Source of the DNA: an uncultured bacterium
GTDB lineage: Bacteria; Chloroflexota; UBA5177; JANWHV01
Assembly (NCBI GenBank): GCA_963827235.1
Contig: CAWHAE010000012.1
Location: 1,504,001 to 1,568,000, forward strand
DNA length: 64,000 bases
Direction of reading: 5' to 3'
Shown one piece after another: positions 18,923-29,349 of this stretch. The translations under genes and the position numbers were made by a program. Within the stretch, counting starts at the first letter, position 1; each line of letters starts with the position of its first letter. Below the pieces are notes generated by a model. It was not told where the DNA came from and made no database searches. It was given only the letters and a program-made list of their open reading frames with translations.

Positions 18923-19122
18923 TGCCGAGGCCGCCGGCAAGACTCTCGACTGTTGTATGGGTGCACCGGGTGCACCCCCTCGCCGTGTGTACTGATTCAA
19001 CCCAGACCTATAGTGAAGCCACGGTGAGACCCGCAGATTCGCCGGCGTGCAGACGGAGGCGGGCAAGATGCCCACGGTCCCGGGAGAGTTGTCAGGGCTG
19101 CAGCATCCGTCGCGGTTTCAGA

Positions 19123-19923
19123 TTAGCAGTTCATCGGCGCCAGCGGCGCCAAGTCGCTTACCATCTCGCAGTAGCGCAAGTGCCAGGTGACGGTCGTGGT
19201 CGCCGTGCCTTTCTCACTGCTCGGCACGTCGTCTATGGTAATGATCTTGCCGGTAAGCGTGCGAGCACTCTTCGGGTGCTTGTCCGGATGGCCTTGGATG
19301 TCGATGTTAGCGTGCAGCTCAGGCGTGGGATACGTGTTCGTGCTGCCACGATCGTGCGTAGAGTTGCAGGGGTCATCGTCAGTGTCAATGTCCTTCATGC
19401 GGCTCATGCCGCCGAATGAGTCTGTAGCGAACTCTAGCTGGATATTGTATGGGTCGTCGAAGACTGGGTGTGCAAAGTCGTGACCGCGGTCCATGATCTC
19501 GAGCTGAACCGCGGCGTGTCCCGAGTACTTGCCTGTGTCGAGGTCGTCGGTGCCGTCCTTCAGCGTATAGTTGTGCACCACGTTGTGGCATTCATCCTGC
19601 CTCTTCCTGACGGCCAGGTTCCCACTGTGGTCTGAGACGGTCTCGGTCACGGTACCGAGGTATCCATCGTGCGCCTCGCTGTAGAGCGCGTTCACGCTGA
19701 GGTGCATCGTGTGTTGCTCGTCGTGAAAGCTGGTGTACAGGTCGCTCGCGTCACTGGACTTGCCACTGCTGTTCACCTGTTGCACGTAGTCGATGCTGCC
19801 CGTGAGCGAGGTGTAGTACCCCTTCGCGGTCCGAGAGGCCGTGGCAGGCGACGGTGTCAAAGCAAGGGTGACAACCAGAGCTACCGCCATGGGTATGCCG
19901 GTGTGCTGCATGAGATCGCGCAT
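19123..19923 (-). CDS. Secreted hypothetical protein
   Basis: GGAGGTG RBS, signal peptide (MAVALVVTLALTPSPATA), S/T/D-rich mature part; no family recognised. Confidence 0.75.
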   Translation of the reverse strand: MRDLMQHTGIPMAVALVVTLALTPSPATASRTAKGYYTSLTGSIDYVQQVNSSGKSSDASDLYTSFHDEQHTMHLSVNALYSEAHDGYLGTVTETVSDHSGNLAVRKRQDECHNVVHNYTLKDGTDDLDTGKYSGHAAVQLEIMDRGHDFAHPVFDDPYNIQLEFATDSFGGMSRMKDIDTDDDPCNSTHDRGSTNTYPTPELHANIDIQGHPDKHPKSARTLTGKIITIDDVPSSEKGTATTTVTWHLRYCEMVSDLAPLAPMNC

Positions 19924-20350
19924 TCTGCTTCCACCTCCCGGGCTCCGGGGAGACATTGGCCTTCTCTCTTGTTCTTTCCCCGACTCTTCCAGTTCTCTTC
20001 CGAAATCCCAACTTCCATCCTAGCACCCCGCGCAAGGGGACTCCATGGCCACAACATGCCGCTACGCTGCCGGTGGCGGACTGCAACCTTCCGCATCTGC
20101 GCAACCATGAGCCCAGACTTCCGCTCAACTGGTCCGGGCTCTTCCTCTTCGTCCGCTTTCCACGCCATGACATGGCATCTCTGCGAGCACTCAGTGATAC
20201 GATGGGGCTGAACTCCTCGCGAGTTCAGCCTTGAGCGGCTTCTCCCCACTTCGGGCGGTGGGTGTGGGAGCCGTTCGGCTGTTCTGGACTCACGCAACCG
20301 GCCTCTGCAGTTGGCCCGCTCAGTCGAGGATGCGGTCCAGGAACCACCGC

Positions 20351-20537
20351 TACGCCGAGATCATGGCATCCGCCGTGCCGGCTGCCATTCCCATTCTCGT
20401 CGTCTTCGCCGTCTTCCAGAAGCAACTCGTGCAGGGTATAGCCGGCAGCGGCATCAAGGGCTGATGGGCCGGTCATAGTCGCCAGCGCTCCGGTACACTG
20501 AATCAGCAGCCTTTGCCGTACGAGCCGGCAGCGAGAG
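20351..20537 (+). repeat. 187-bp direct repeat, copy 2 (second permease 3' remnant)
   Basis: Matches 15811..15997; encodes YAEIMASAVPAAIPILVVFAVFQKQLVQGIAGSGIKG. Confidence 0.95.
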
Positions 20538-20622
20538 ACGGAGGCGGGGCGGCTATCGTACACATCTCGTCTTCTCCGCGGCACCCGGAAATCGTCGTCG
20601 AGAGAGGAGCGCGAATGGCGTG

Positions 20623-23600
20623 ATGGATCGCGCGGAGCTGCTGTGCCCCATCGTCGTCGGTCGCGACGACGAGCAGCGGATCCTTGACGCGGCCCTGGAT
20701 CGATCGGTCGCTGGAACGGCTCACGCGTACTTCCTATCCGGTGAAGCCGGCATCGGCAAGAGCAAGATCTGCCAGTTTCTCATCGAGCAGGCTTTCGCGC
20801 GGGGATTGGCGCCCATCGTCGGCCACGCGTCGAGTCTCGACGCGGCGCTTCCTTATGGTCCGATCGTCGCGGCGCTCGAGATAGCATGCCGCCGGCTGGC
20901 TTCTTTCGATCGATCGGCGCTCGATGCCGTGCTGCGCCCGCATCGCGGCGTGCTGGCGGCGCTGGTTCCGGGATTGGCGGCCGAGCTGGACGTCGCGGCT
21001 GTCCGGGGATCCGATCCCCCTGCCGACGCGACGAGCGAGCGGCGCCGGGTCTTTGAGGCGCTGGAGAGCATGCTGTTCGGCCTGGCGCAGCTGCGCGGAA
21101 CGAGCCACGCGGCGCCCGCGCCGCTGGTACTCGTGCTTGAGGATCTGCAGTGGGCCGACGATACGACGCTCGACTTCATCCGGCACCTGGTGCTGCTGCA
21201 CGGCAGAGGGGGCGTCGCCGGAGACGAACGGGCATCCGGCCTGCTTCTGGTAGGCACCTATCGCGTGGACGACGTGCCGGACGGCGATCCGGGCAGCGGC
21301 TCGACACTACTCAGCCGCGTGGTGGCGGCACTCGTGGGGCAGCGCCTGGCACGCGAGATTCGTCTCAGGCCGCTCGACGCTGCCGCGCATGCCTCGATGC
21401 TCGCCGCCATTCTCGGCCATCCCGTGCCGGTGTCGGCCAGCAACGCCCTGTATCTCCGCAGCGACGGCAATCCCTTTGTTACCGAGGAGCTGCTGGGAGC
21501 GCTCGCGGTCTCGGGCCAGATCGAGGTCGACGCCATCGCGCAGCGCATCGTCGACACGCCGCTGAGCTTGCCCACGTCTCTTCGAGCGGCGGTGCTTGCC
21601 CGGCTAGACGGCCTGAGCGCGGAGGATCGCCGTGTATTGACGATTGCCGCCGTGATAGGCCGCGAGTTCGGCTTCGACATCCTGCAGAAGCTGAGCGGGC
21701 TGCCAGAGCCCGAGCTGCTCGACATCCTCCGCGAGGGCGTGCGCCGCCACATTCTGGTGGAAGACCTGATCTATCCCTCGCCGGCACGGCCCGACGCCGA
21801 GGAACGCTTTCGCTTTCGCCATGCCTTGACGCGCGATGCGATCGACGGCGAGCTGCTGGGACGCGAGCGCCGCTTGCTGCATCGCCAGGTGGCGGAGACG
21901 CTCGAACAGCTTCTCACGCCAGAGGTGAGGACGACCTCGCAGGCGGCGAACCTGGCACAGCACTTCATGCAAGGCGGCGCCGCCGGCCGTGCCCAGCCGT
22001 ACGCCGTGGCTGCCGCCGAGTACGCCCTTCGGGTCGGCGCTCTCGCGGAAGCGGCCGAGCATCTCGACCGCGCCGCACTGGCACTGGACGAGGGCGATCC
22101 GGCCGCCGTCCCGCTGCTGGAGCTTCAGGGCAGAGTGCGCATTGCCTTGCTGGAGATACCCAGGGCAATGCAGCTTCTGGTGCAGGCCAGAGGGGCTGCC
22201 CAGCAGGCCGAGATGCGCTGGCGGGCGGCAGCCATCGGGTCGGAGATTGCATTCCTCACCTGGTTTGCCGATCCGGCGACATCGGACAGGGAGTGGTCGC
22301 AGCTCCTGCGCGAGGCCGAGCGCCGCGCGCGCGCTCCCGAGCCCGAAGACGAGACCGCCCTGCGCTTGTACGCCGCGGCGGCGATGTGCTGCGGGTCCAA
22401 TGACGCGCACACGCAGGCGCTTGCCTGGGCCGAGCGAGCGATCGGCCTGGCAGGGACGATCGGCGCCGGCGCCGAACGGCTGCTCTTCAGGGCTTTCGTA
22501 GGCCGGGGCATGGCGCGGGCGGACATCGGGGCCTTCGAGGAGGGGTTCGCCGATCTGCGGCATGCCATTGAGCTCGGCCAGAAGTACGCCGATCCGCATC
22601 TCGCCCTGGCCTTCAACGTGCTGATCATGGCGCTGCACGAGTGCGGGCGCGACGAACAGGCGATCGAGGTCTTTCACGAGTCCGTCGAATTCGAGCGGCG
22701 CTCAGGGGCGGTCGTGGCGCCGCCGCCCGTCCTCTACGCCTTTCTCGCCCTGGGCAGGTGGGAAGAAGGAATTGCCGTGGCGGAAGCGCAGCTAGCCGGC
22801 TATGGCCGGTTCGGCGTTCCCACCACTCCCCAGGGACTGGCGATGGCCGGACTCGGCCATTTTCTCCTGCGCAAGGGCCGGCACCTCGAGGCGCGCATGC
22901 AGCTCGATGCCGCTCTGGAGCGTGTCAGGCACGTGAGGGATCTGGCCTGGCTGGCCAACACGCTCTGGGGCCTCGCTCTCTGTGCCGAGGCCAGGGGACT
23001 TGCGCCGGAGGCTCGATCATTTTATGTCGAGTGCATTGACCGCTGGGCCACCACGGAAGACCGCGGCACCATCGCCCCCATCCTGCTTGACGCGGTGCTC
23101 TTTGCAGTGCGGACAGGGCACCTGGACGATGCTGCCCAGTGGAGTGAGGCGCTCCTTGCGGTCTCGGCGCAGGGAAACCCGGTGGCGCACGCCGCCTCTT
23201 TGCAGGCGCATGGCAGGCTGAGCCTGGCTCGCGGAGGAGTGGCCGAGGCCGCGGAGCATCTGCGCCGGGCAGTGCAGGCATGGGAACGAGATCGGCCGCC
23301 CCTACGACACGGCACGCGCGCGCCTGCACCTCGCCGAGGCGCTGCTGCACGGCAACGCGGATGCCTCGAGGCGCCGCGAGGCTGACGAGCTGCTTCGCGC
23401 GGCCGGACAGACGTTCGGCGATCTCGGGGCAGCGGCGGATAGCGCGGCGACCGACGACATGCGCAGGCGAGCCGGGCTGCTTGGCCGCGAGAAGCGGCGC
23501 CATACCATTGCATCCGCCAAGGCGGTGGCCGCCGGCTTGACGCCGCGGGAGCTTGACGTGTTGCGCTGCCTGGTAGACGGGAAGACCAACCGGGAGATCT

Positions 23601-23737
23601 CGGCGCTGCTGTTCATCGCCGAGAGCACGGCCGAGCTGCACGTCAGCCGAGTGCTCGGCAAGCTGAACTGCTCGACCCGCGCCCAGGCCGCGGCGCTCGC
23701 CGTCTCCTTGGGCCTGGCCAGTCCCACGACCTCGTAG
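20623..23737 (+). CDS. AAA-ATPase / TPR / LuxR-HTH transcriptional regulator, frameshift near 23290
   Basis: IVVGRDDE, GEAGIGKS Walker A, LEDLQWAD, GNPFVTEE, FRHAL. After the shift it reads IGRPYDTARARL and joins the LuxR HTH GLTPRELDVL..TNREI. Confidence 0.9.
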
Positions 23738-23796
23738 CCGCGGGCCGAGCCCCGGCCGCCGCAATGTCCCGGGGCCGGCCGGTGCCGCTCTGTGCA

Positions 23797-23845
23797 TGCC
23801 GTATATATGTCCGGGCGCGCACGGTGCTCCGGTATATATACGGCA
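23797..23845. promoter_or_regulatory. Inverted repeat between the LuxR and ECF sigma genes
   Basis: TGCCGTATATAT...ATATATACGGCA, 12-bp perfect arms. Confidence 0.6.
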
Positions 23846-23954
23846 CCCGTCGGTCGGGTGGTCACAAATACCGGTTCCCCAGGTCGTGGCACAGCGCCGC
23901 ACTGCCTAGACTGGTCCGCAGAGGTCACCGAGGAGCTTGGGGAGCCGAAGCGGA

Positions 23955-24575
23955 ATGAGCACGCGCACAACGACGGCCGGGGTCGTGCAGGCAGGCAGCT
24001 CTGCACAGGTGGACACCATCAGCGACGAGGAGCTGGTCGAACGGCTGCTCGAACGGGATACCGAGGCGTTCGGCATGCTGTACGATCGGTACGCGCACGC
24101 GGCATACTGCCTGGCCTGCCGCATGCTGGGCAATACGCACCAGGCCGAGGACCTGGTACAGGACGTCTTTCTGGCCCTATGGCGCTTGCCGGAGCGCTTC
24201 AAAGCGGATCGCGGCAGCGCACGCACGTACATACTCTCCATGACGCACCACCGGGCCATCGACCTGCAGCGATCGCGGAGCCGCCATGCGATCGATGCCG
24301 ACGTCGAGCAGATCGCCCTGGTGCCTGCCGGCACCGACGTGGAGCACAGCACGCTCAGGTCGCTCGAGGCAGAGGTGTTGCGGGCGGCCTTGCGCCTGCT
24401 GCCCGAGAGCCAGCGCCGGGTGGTCGAGCTCGCGTTCATCGGCGGGTACTCGTACCCGGAGATCACACGGATCCTGGGCGTTCCGCTCGGCACGGTCAAG
24501 AGCAGGCTCCGGCTGGCCATGGATCGCCTGCGCAGGGCCCCGGAGATCGCCGGCCTGGCGCCGGCGATGCCGTAG
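23955..24575 (+). CDS. ECF RNA polymerase sigma factor (SigK-like)
   Basis: AEDLVQDVFLALW, HHRAID, LGVPLGTVKSRLR. Confidence 0.92.
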   Translation: MSTRTTTAGVVQAGSSAQVDTISDEELVERLLERDTEAFGMLYDRYAHAAYCLACRMLGNTHQAEDLVQDVFLALWRLPERFKADRGSARTYILSMTHHRAIDLQRSRSRHAIDADVEQIALVPAGTDVEHSTLRSLEAEVLRAALRLLPESQRRVVELAFIGGYSYPEITRILGVPLGTVKSRLRLAMDRLRRAPEIAGLAPAMP

Positions 24576-24691
24576 CAGGAGGCACAAGCAACCGGCCCCA
24601 GGGGCGCCGGCGGGCGAGAGACCCAACAGGGCCAAGATACCCGCGGCCCCGGGTTGGGGGCCACATCCGCAGATCCCGGCGTGGCTTGCCT

Positions 24692-25402
24692 CTAGCGATC
24701 GCCGAGCAACCGGCGCTGGCGCGCGATGGTCACGGCCTGCGTGCGATTGCCGGCACCCAGCTTGTCCATGATCAGGCTGATGTGATTCTTCACCGTGCCT
24801 TCCGCGATGTGCAGGCGGCGGGCAATCTGCAGGTTACTGGCTCCTTCCGCCACCAGCTGCAACACCTGCCGCTCGCGCTCGGTGAGCATCTCCACGTCGA
24901 CCGATGCGGGGGTCGGCATCCAGGCGTCGGAGGGCATCGCGGCGGGTCCCGCCGTATCGGGGGACCCCTGAAACGCGGCCAGCAGCTTGGCGGCCACTGC
25001 CGGCTGCAAGAGGGACTCGCCGCGCCGTGCCAGGTGAATGGCCCGGATCATGTCGTCGGCAGGATCATCTTTGAGCAGATAGCCCATGGCGCCGGCGCGA
25101 AGCGCTTGCAGCACCAGGCTGTCGTGATCGTAGGTGGTGAGAACGACGACGCGTGTCTCCGGGCGGATGGCGAGAATGCGGCGCGTTGCCTCTACCCCGT
25201 CCATGACGGGCATCTTGAGATCCATCAGCACGACGTCCGGCGCCAGCGTCTGCACGCAGTCGACCGCGACCTGGCCGTTCCCTGCTTCGCCCACGACCTC
25301 GATATCTGCTTCAAGATCGAGGATCGTACGCAGCCCTTCGCGGAGAATCCGCTGATCCTCGACCAGGAGCACGCGTACGGCCGGCGTTTCCTCGAGCCCC
25401 AT
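24692..25402 (-). CDS. NarL/LuxR family response regulator
   Basis: VLLVEDQ, DVVLMDLKMP, GYLLKD, LTERERQVL..GTVKNH. Confidence 0.95.
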   Translation of the reverse strand: MGLEETPAVRVLLVEDQRILREGLRTILDLEADIEVVGEAGNGQVAVDCVQTLAPDVVLMDLKMPVMDGVEATRRILAIRPETRVVVLTTYDHDSLVLQALRAGAMGYLLKDDPADDMIRAIHLARRGESLLQPAVAAKLLAAFQGSPDTAGPAAMPSDAWMPTPASVDVEMLTERERQVLQLVAEGASNLQIARRLHIAEGTVKNHISLIMDKLGAGNRTQAVTIARQRRLLGDR

Positions 25403-25405
25403 TCC

Positions 25406-26860
25406 TCACTCCTTCGACTCAATGCGGCTCGGCTCGAGGTTCTCGTCGACGCGGTCCGGCGACGCCGCACCTTCCAGGCCGCGGGGATCGGATCCGGCCG
25501 CGTCCGTAGCGAGCTGCCCCGTGGCACTGAGCTGGAGCCGCGGATCGCGGCCGGCTGCCCGCTGCAGGGCATCCGCCACCGGGATGCTGGCAACAACGCG
25601 CGTGCCCTCGCCGCGCCGGCTGCTGAAGATCAGCCGGCCGCCAAGGTGCTCCACGCGCTCGCGCATGCCGCGCAAGCCGAAGCCCGACGACGATCCCGAC
25701 GGCCCGGCGCCCACGCCATCGTCCTCGATGGTCAGCACGACATGGCCATCCGTCACGACCAGGGTAATGGTCACTCGCGACGCGTACGCGTGGCGTGCCA
25801 CGTTGGTCAGCGACTCCTGCATGACGCGAAACAGGCACATCTCCAGGGCCGGGCTGTGCGCGTCGGGGAGCGGCGCAAACCGATGCGTGACGCACAGTCC
25901 ATTTTCCACCGCGAAGCCTTCCACGAACTGCGCCACGGCCTCGTGCCAGATGCCGGCCGCCGCGGCGGCATCGCGCAGACCGGCCACGGAGCGCCGCACC
26001 TCCGCCAGGCCGTCCCGAGACAGCTCCTGCAGGCGGTCGAGCTCATCGCGCGCGCGGGCCGGATCGGAGGCTATCAGCCGCTTCGCCGCCTCTGCCTTGA
26101 CCACCACGGTAGCCAGGGTGTAGCCGAGAATGTCGTGCAGATCGCGGGCCAGGCGATTGCGCTCGTTCGCCACGGCGAGCTGCTCGACCGAGCCGGCATA
26201 GACCTGGAGCTGGTAGTTGGCCTCCTCCAGCGACGCCTTGGACTGCTCGAGCTGGCTGAGCAGCGTCAGGCGGGCGCAATGCTCCAGCTCCTGCACTCGC
26301 TGCAGCCAGGCGCCGGTAGCGGAGGCGGCCAGCCCGGCGTCGAGCGGCAGGAACTCCAGAGATACCTCGAGCCAGTGGCGGCTCGGCACCGTGAGCAAAA
26401 CCGAGACCGCGACCAGCAGGATGCAGAACACGCACAGCGAGGCCAGCGAGCGAGCGGTCTGCACGTGCCTGCCCTCGGCCAGGACCACGAAGTACATGAT
26501 GTTGAACCAGAGACTCTGATCCTGCGTGGCCGGTGCCGCTACGAGCACCATGCTGAAGACGAGCAGCGCGCTGCAGATCGCGTAGACCCTGGGCTCCAGG
26601 AGAAACCCCCCGCCCTGGTTCCTGCGTGGGCCGTATTGCCAGAAGGCGAGCAGACCGTAGGCGGCGATCACGAGGGCCAGCAAGGGCAGGCCGGGCCACG
26701 CGTATTTACGCTGCACCGCGAACATGACGCCGAAGGTGATGGTACCGAGCGTGATCCAGCGCGTCAGCATGTGCCGTCGCCACAACTGGGAGCTGAACGG
26801 CAGCGGCGATGCGTCGACGGTCTCCGGCTGCGGTCTAGGGAGCAACGCCTGGAGCCTCAT
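25406..26860 (-). CDS. Membrane sensor histidine kinase (HisKA_3)
   Basis: Several TM segments, ERNRLARDLHDILG, QESLTNVARHA, DDGVG, GFGLRGMRER. Confidence 0.93.
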   Translation of the reverse strand: MRLQALLPRPQPETVDASPLPFSSQLWRRHMLTRWITLGTITFGVMFAVQRKYAWPGLPLLALVIAAYGLLAFWQYGPRRNQGGGFLLEPRVYAICSALLVFSMVLVAAPATQDQSLWFNIMYFVVLAEGRHVQTARSLASLCVFCILLVAVSVLLTVPSRHWLEVSLEFLPLDAGLAASATGAWLQRVQELEHCARLTLLSQLEQSKASLEEANYQLQVYAGSVEQLAVANERNRLARDLHDILGYTLATVVVKAEAAKRLIASDPARARDELDRLQELSRDGLAEVRRSVAGLRDAAAAAGIWHEAVAQFVEGFAVENGLCVTHRFAPLPDAHSPALEMCLFRVMQESLTNVARHAYASRVTITLVVTDGHVVLTIEDDGVGAGPSGSSSGFGLRGMRERVEHLGGRLIFSSRRGEGTRVVASIPVADALQRAAGRDPRLQLSATGQLATDAAGSDPRGLEGAASPDRVDENLEPSRIESKE

Positions 26861-26899
26861 ATGCGAATTGTAGCATCGGATCCCGGACCGTTTGTTCCA

Positions 26900-27345
26900 T
26901 CACGGCGAGGGGATCATCCGTTCGCCGCCGCCAAAGCCGCCCGTACCACCGGCGCTACCGGAGGGCCGCGTGCCGCCGACGCCCGGTTGCTCCGATCCGC
27001 CGGAGCTGCCCGATGCTCCGCCGGGTTGGCTCGATCCGCCGTCGGCGCCCGGAGCACCGCCCATGCCGCCTTGCCGGCCGGGGCCGCTCAGCGCCGCCAC
27101 GGCCGGAGCCAGCATTACCAGGTAGTAGGGGTGGAAGAAGCCGGCCACGCTGAAGAACGCCGTCTGCGTGAGCAGCCAAACACCCCACACGACCAGGCTC
27201 TGTTGCCGGACGTCGAGCGCCAGCCTGATATGCCGTCGATCGAAGCGATTGCGCCAGCCACTCTGCAGTGAGGTAACCAGGAGACCGATGAAGGCGAGGG
27301 GCAGGAGCCATCCGATCTGGCCGCCGAGCGACTCATCCAGCAGGC
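26900..27345 (-). pseudogene. Internal remnant of a GT39/YkcB-like glycosyltransferase gene
   Basis: LGGQIGWLLP..WGVWLLTQTAFFSVAGFFHPYYLVMLAPAVAAL matches the gene at 62530 and is joined to a Gly-rich stretch; the N-terminus is missing. Confidence 0.8.
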
Positions 27346-27516
27346 TTTCATGCTTGGCGAGAAGCTCTCCCGGGCAGCACCGGCCGGAAAAGCTTCTCGC
27401 ACTTACCACGTTACGAACCCAGGCTGAGTAGCCGGTAAGTACCGGCTCAGCCGCGGCTAAGAGCAGTGAGAGAAAAGGCTAAGGGAAGAGTCCCGGCGGC
27501 AGTCTCCGGGCAATCT

Positions 27517-27578
27517 CTCTCAGGAAGCTCTTAGGCTCGTCTTGGGTTTCTCTTACTGGTTGCTCAGGGTGGTCTTAG
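27517..27578 (+). promoter_or_regulatory. Six-unit heptamer array with 11-bp period (OmpR/MprA-type box)
   Basis: CTCTCAG, CTCTTAG, GTCTTGG, CTCTTAC, TGCTCAG, GTCTTAG at 27517, 27528, 27539, 27550, 27561, 27572. Confidence 0.75.
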
Positions 27579-27605
27579 CATGGACACCTAGCATGAAAGC
27601 TACGA

Positions 27606-28130
27606 GTGAACTGCCACCAGATGAGAGGATTCACCATCATGTACCGGTACCACGGCCCAGAGAGAGCCAAGCCGGGCGCCAGCGCCGACAGCGCGCTGTT
27701 CAGCTCGCGCAAGCGGCTCGGGCGCTTTGCTATAACGGGTGGGCTTGCCGGGGCGCTGCAGCTTCTGCTGCTCAAGGTGATGCTCGACACGGGTGTACCC
27801 GCGCTTCTCGCGAATGCCTCCGCGTTCCTGCTCGCCGCCCAATTCAACTTCCTGATGAGCACGCTGTATACGTGGCGCGATCGCACGTGTGATCGGACGC
27901 TAGGCAGGCGCTGGATCGCCTTCCACGGATCCATCGCCGGCATGGCAGTGCTCAACCTGCTCGTATTTAGCGCCACGCGCCAAGTACTGCCCGATCTCGC
28001 GGCATCAGCGGCCGGTATTGCCGCCGGCGCGTGCGGAAACTTCCTGCTGGGAGACCGTCTCGTCTTCCGGACGGCGGCTATCAAGGTCTCGCAACGGCAG
28101 GAGAGCATGCGGCAGCTGCCCGCGGCGTAG
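27606..28130 (+). CDS. GtrA family protein (lipid-linked sugar flippase), start uncertain
   Basis: RFAITGG, ANASAFLLAAQFNF..YTWRDR, NFLLGDRLVFR. Confidence 0.85.
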   Translation: MNCHQMRGFTIMYRYHGPERAKPGASADSALFSSRKRLGRFAITGGLAGALQLLLLKVMLDTGVPALLANASAFLLAAQFNFLMSTLYTWRDRTCDRTLGRRWIAFHGSIAGMAVLNLLVFSATRQVLPDLAASAAGIAAGACGNFLLGDRLVFRTAAIKVSQRQESMRQLPAA

Positions 28131-28232
28131 GCCGGGATCAACGCGCGAACGAGGATTCACCTGTAGTTGGAAGCGGATGTGTAGGTGTATGGCAACCAGG
28201 ACGGTGTCCGTGGTCGAAAGAAAGGGACGGCA

Positions 28233-29225
28233 ATGGTCGCGGAACGACGGAACTCTTTACTGGACATAGCCCCGGAGCGCATCGTGATCTCCGTGGTAGC
28301 CCCAGTCTACAACGAGGAAGAGACTCTTCCCCATTTCTACCAGCGCGTGATCGCCACCATGGAAAGCCTCGGCGAGCCATTCGAGCTGGTGCTGGTCAAC
28401 GACGGCAGCGCCGACAACTCCCAGGAAGTGCTGAGAACGCTGCACCGGAGGGACTCGCGCGTGCGCGTGATCAACTTCTCGCGCAACTTCGGCCACCAAG
28501 CGGCAATCTCCGCGGGACTCGAGCACGCCCGCGGCCAGGCGGTGGTACTGATGGACTCAGATCTGCAGGACCCGCCGGAGGTGATTGCCGAGCTGGTCGC
28601 GCGCTGGCGGGGCGGCGCCGAGGTGGTGTATGCCCAGCGCACCAAGCGCGCGGGCGAGACGCCCTTCAAGCTGCTGACCGCTTCCCTCTTCTACCGGCTC
28701 ATTGGACGCATCACGGCGGTCAGTATCCCGCGCGATACGGGCGATTTTCGCTTGCTGGACCGGGCGGTCGTCGACCAGCTTGTCGCCCTGCACGAGCACC
28801 ACCCTTTCATGCGCGGCCTGTCCGCCTGGGTGGGTTTCAAGCAGGAGGCCGTGCCCTACGAGCGGGCCGAGCGCTTTGCCGGCACGACGAAGTATCCGCT
28901 GCGCAAGATGGTCCGCTTCTCTCTCGACGCGATCACGGGCTTCAGCTTCGCGCCGCTGCAGCTTGCCACCACACTCGGCTTCGCCCTTGCCGGCATGAGC
29001 CTGCTCTCTATCGTGGTGGCTGCCGTGCTCCGCCTGACGACCGGGGCGATCGTGGGTCAGGCCAGCACGCTGATTCTGGTACTCTTTTTGGGCGGAGTAC
29101 AGCTCATCTTTCTCGGCGTGATCGGCGAATACCTGGGGCGGATCTACGACGAGGTCCGCGGCCGGCCGCTCTACATCGTACGCGACGTATGGGAGAAGCG
29201 CACGCCGGAGAATGCCGCCTCGTAG
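28233..29225 (+). CDS. GT2 polyprenyl-phosphate glycosyltransferase (GtrB/YkcC-like)
   Basis: [59 protein letters not shown]. Confidence 0.93.
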   Translation: MVAERRNSLLDIAPERIVISVVAPVYNEEETLPHFYQRVIATMESLGEPFELVLVNDGSADNSQEVLRTLHRRDSRVRVINFSRNFGHQAAISAGLEHARGQAVVLMDSDLQDPPEVIAELVARWRGGAEVVYAQRTKRAGETPFKLLTASLFYRLIGRITAVSIPRDTGDFRLLDRAVVDQLVALHEHHPFMRGLSAWVGFKQEAVPYERAERFAGTTKYPLRKMVRFSLDAITGFSFAPLQLATTLGFALAGMSLLSIVVAAVLRLTTGAIVGQASTLILVLFLGGVQLIFLGVIGEYLGRIYDEVRGRPLYIVRDVWEKRTPENAAS

Positions 29226-29349
29226 GTGGATTGCTTGGAGGCGGGGAAGCTGTACGCTGTACAGGGGGATGCCCGGAAGGCAGGTTTGGACCAGGAACGT
29301 CGCCGGTTGCCCGCTTGAACCTCACGTGGCCCTCCAGGAGAGGTCTAGG

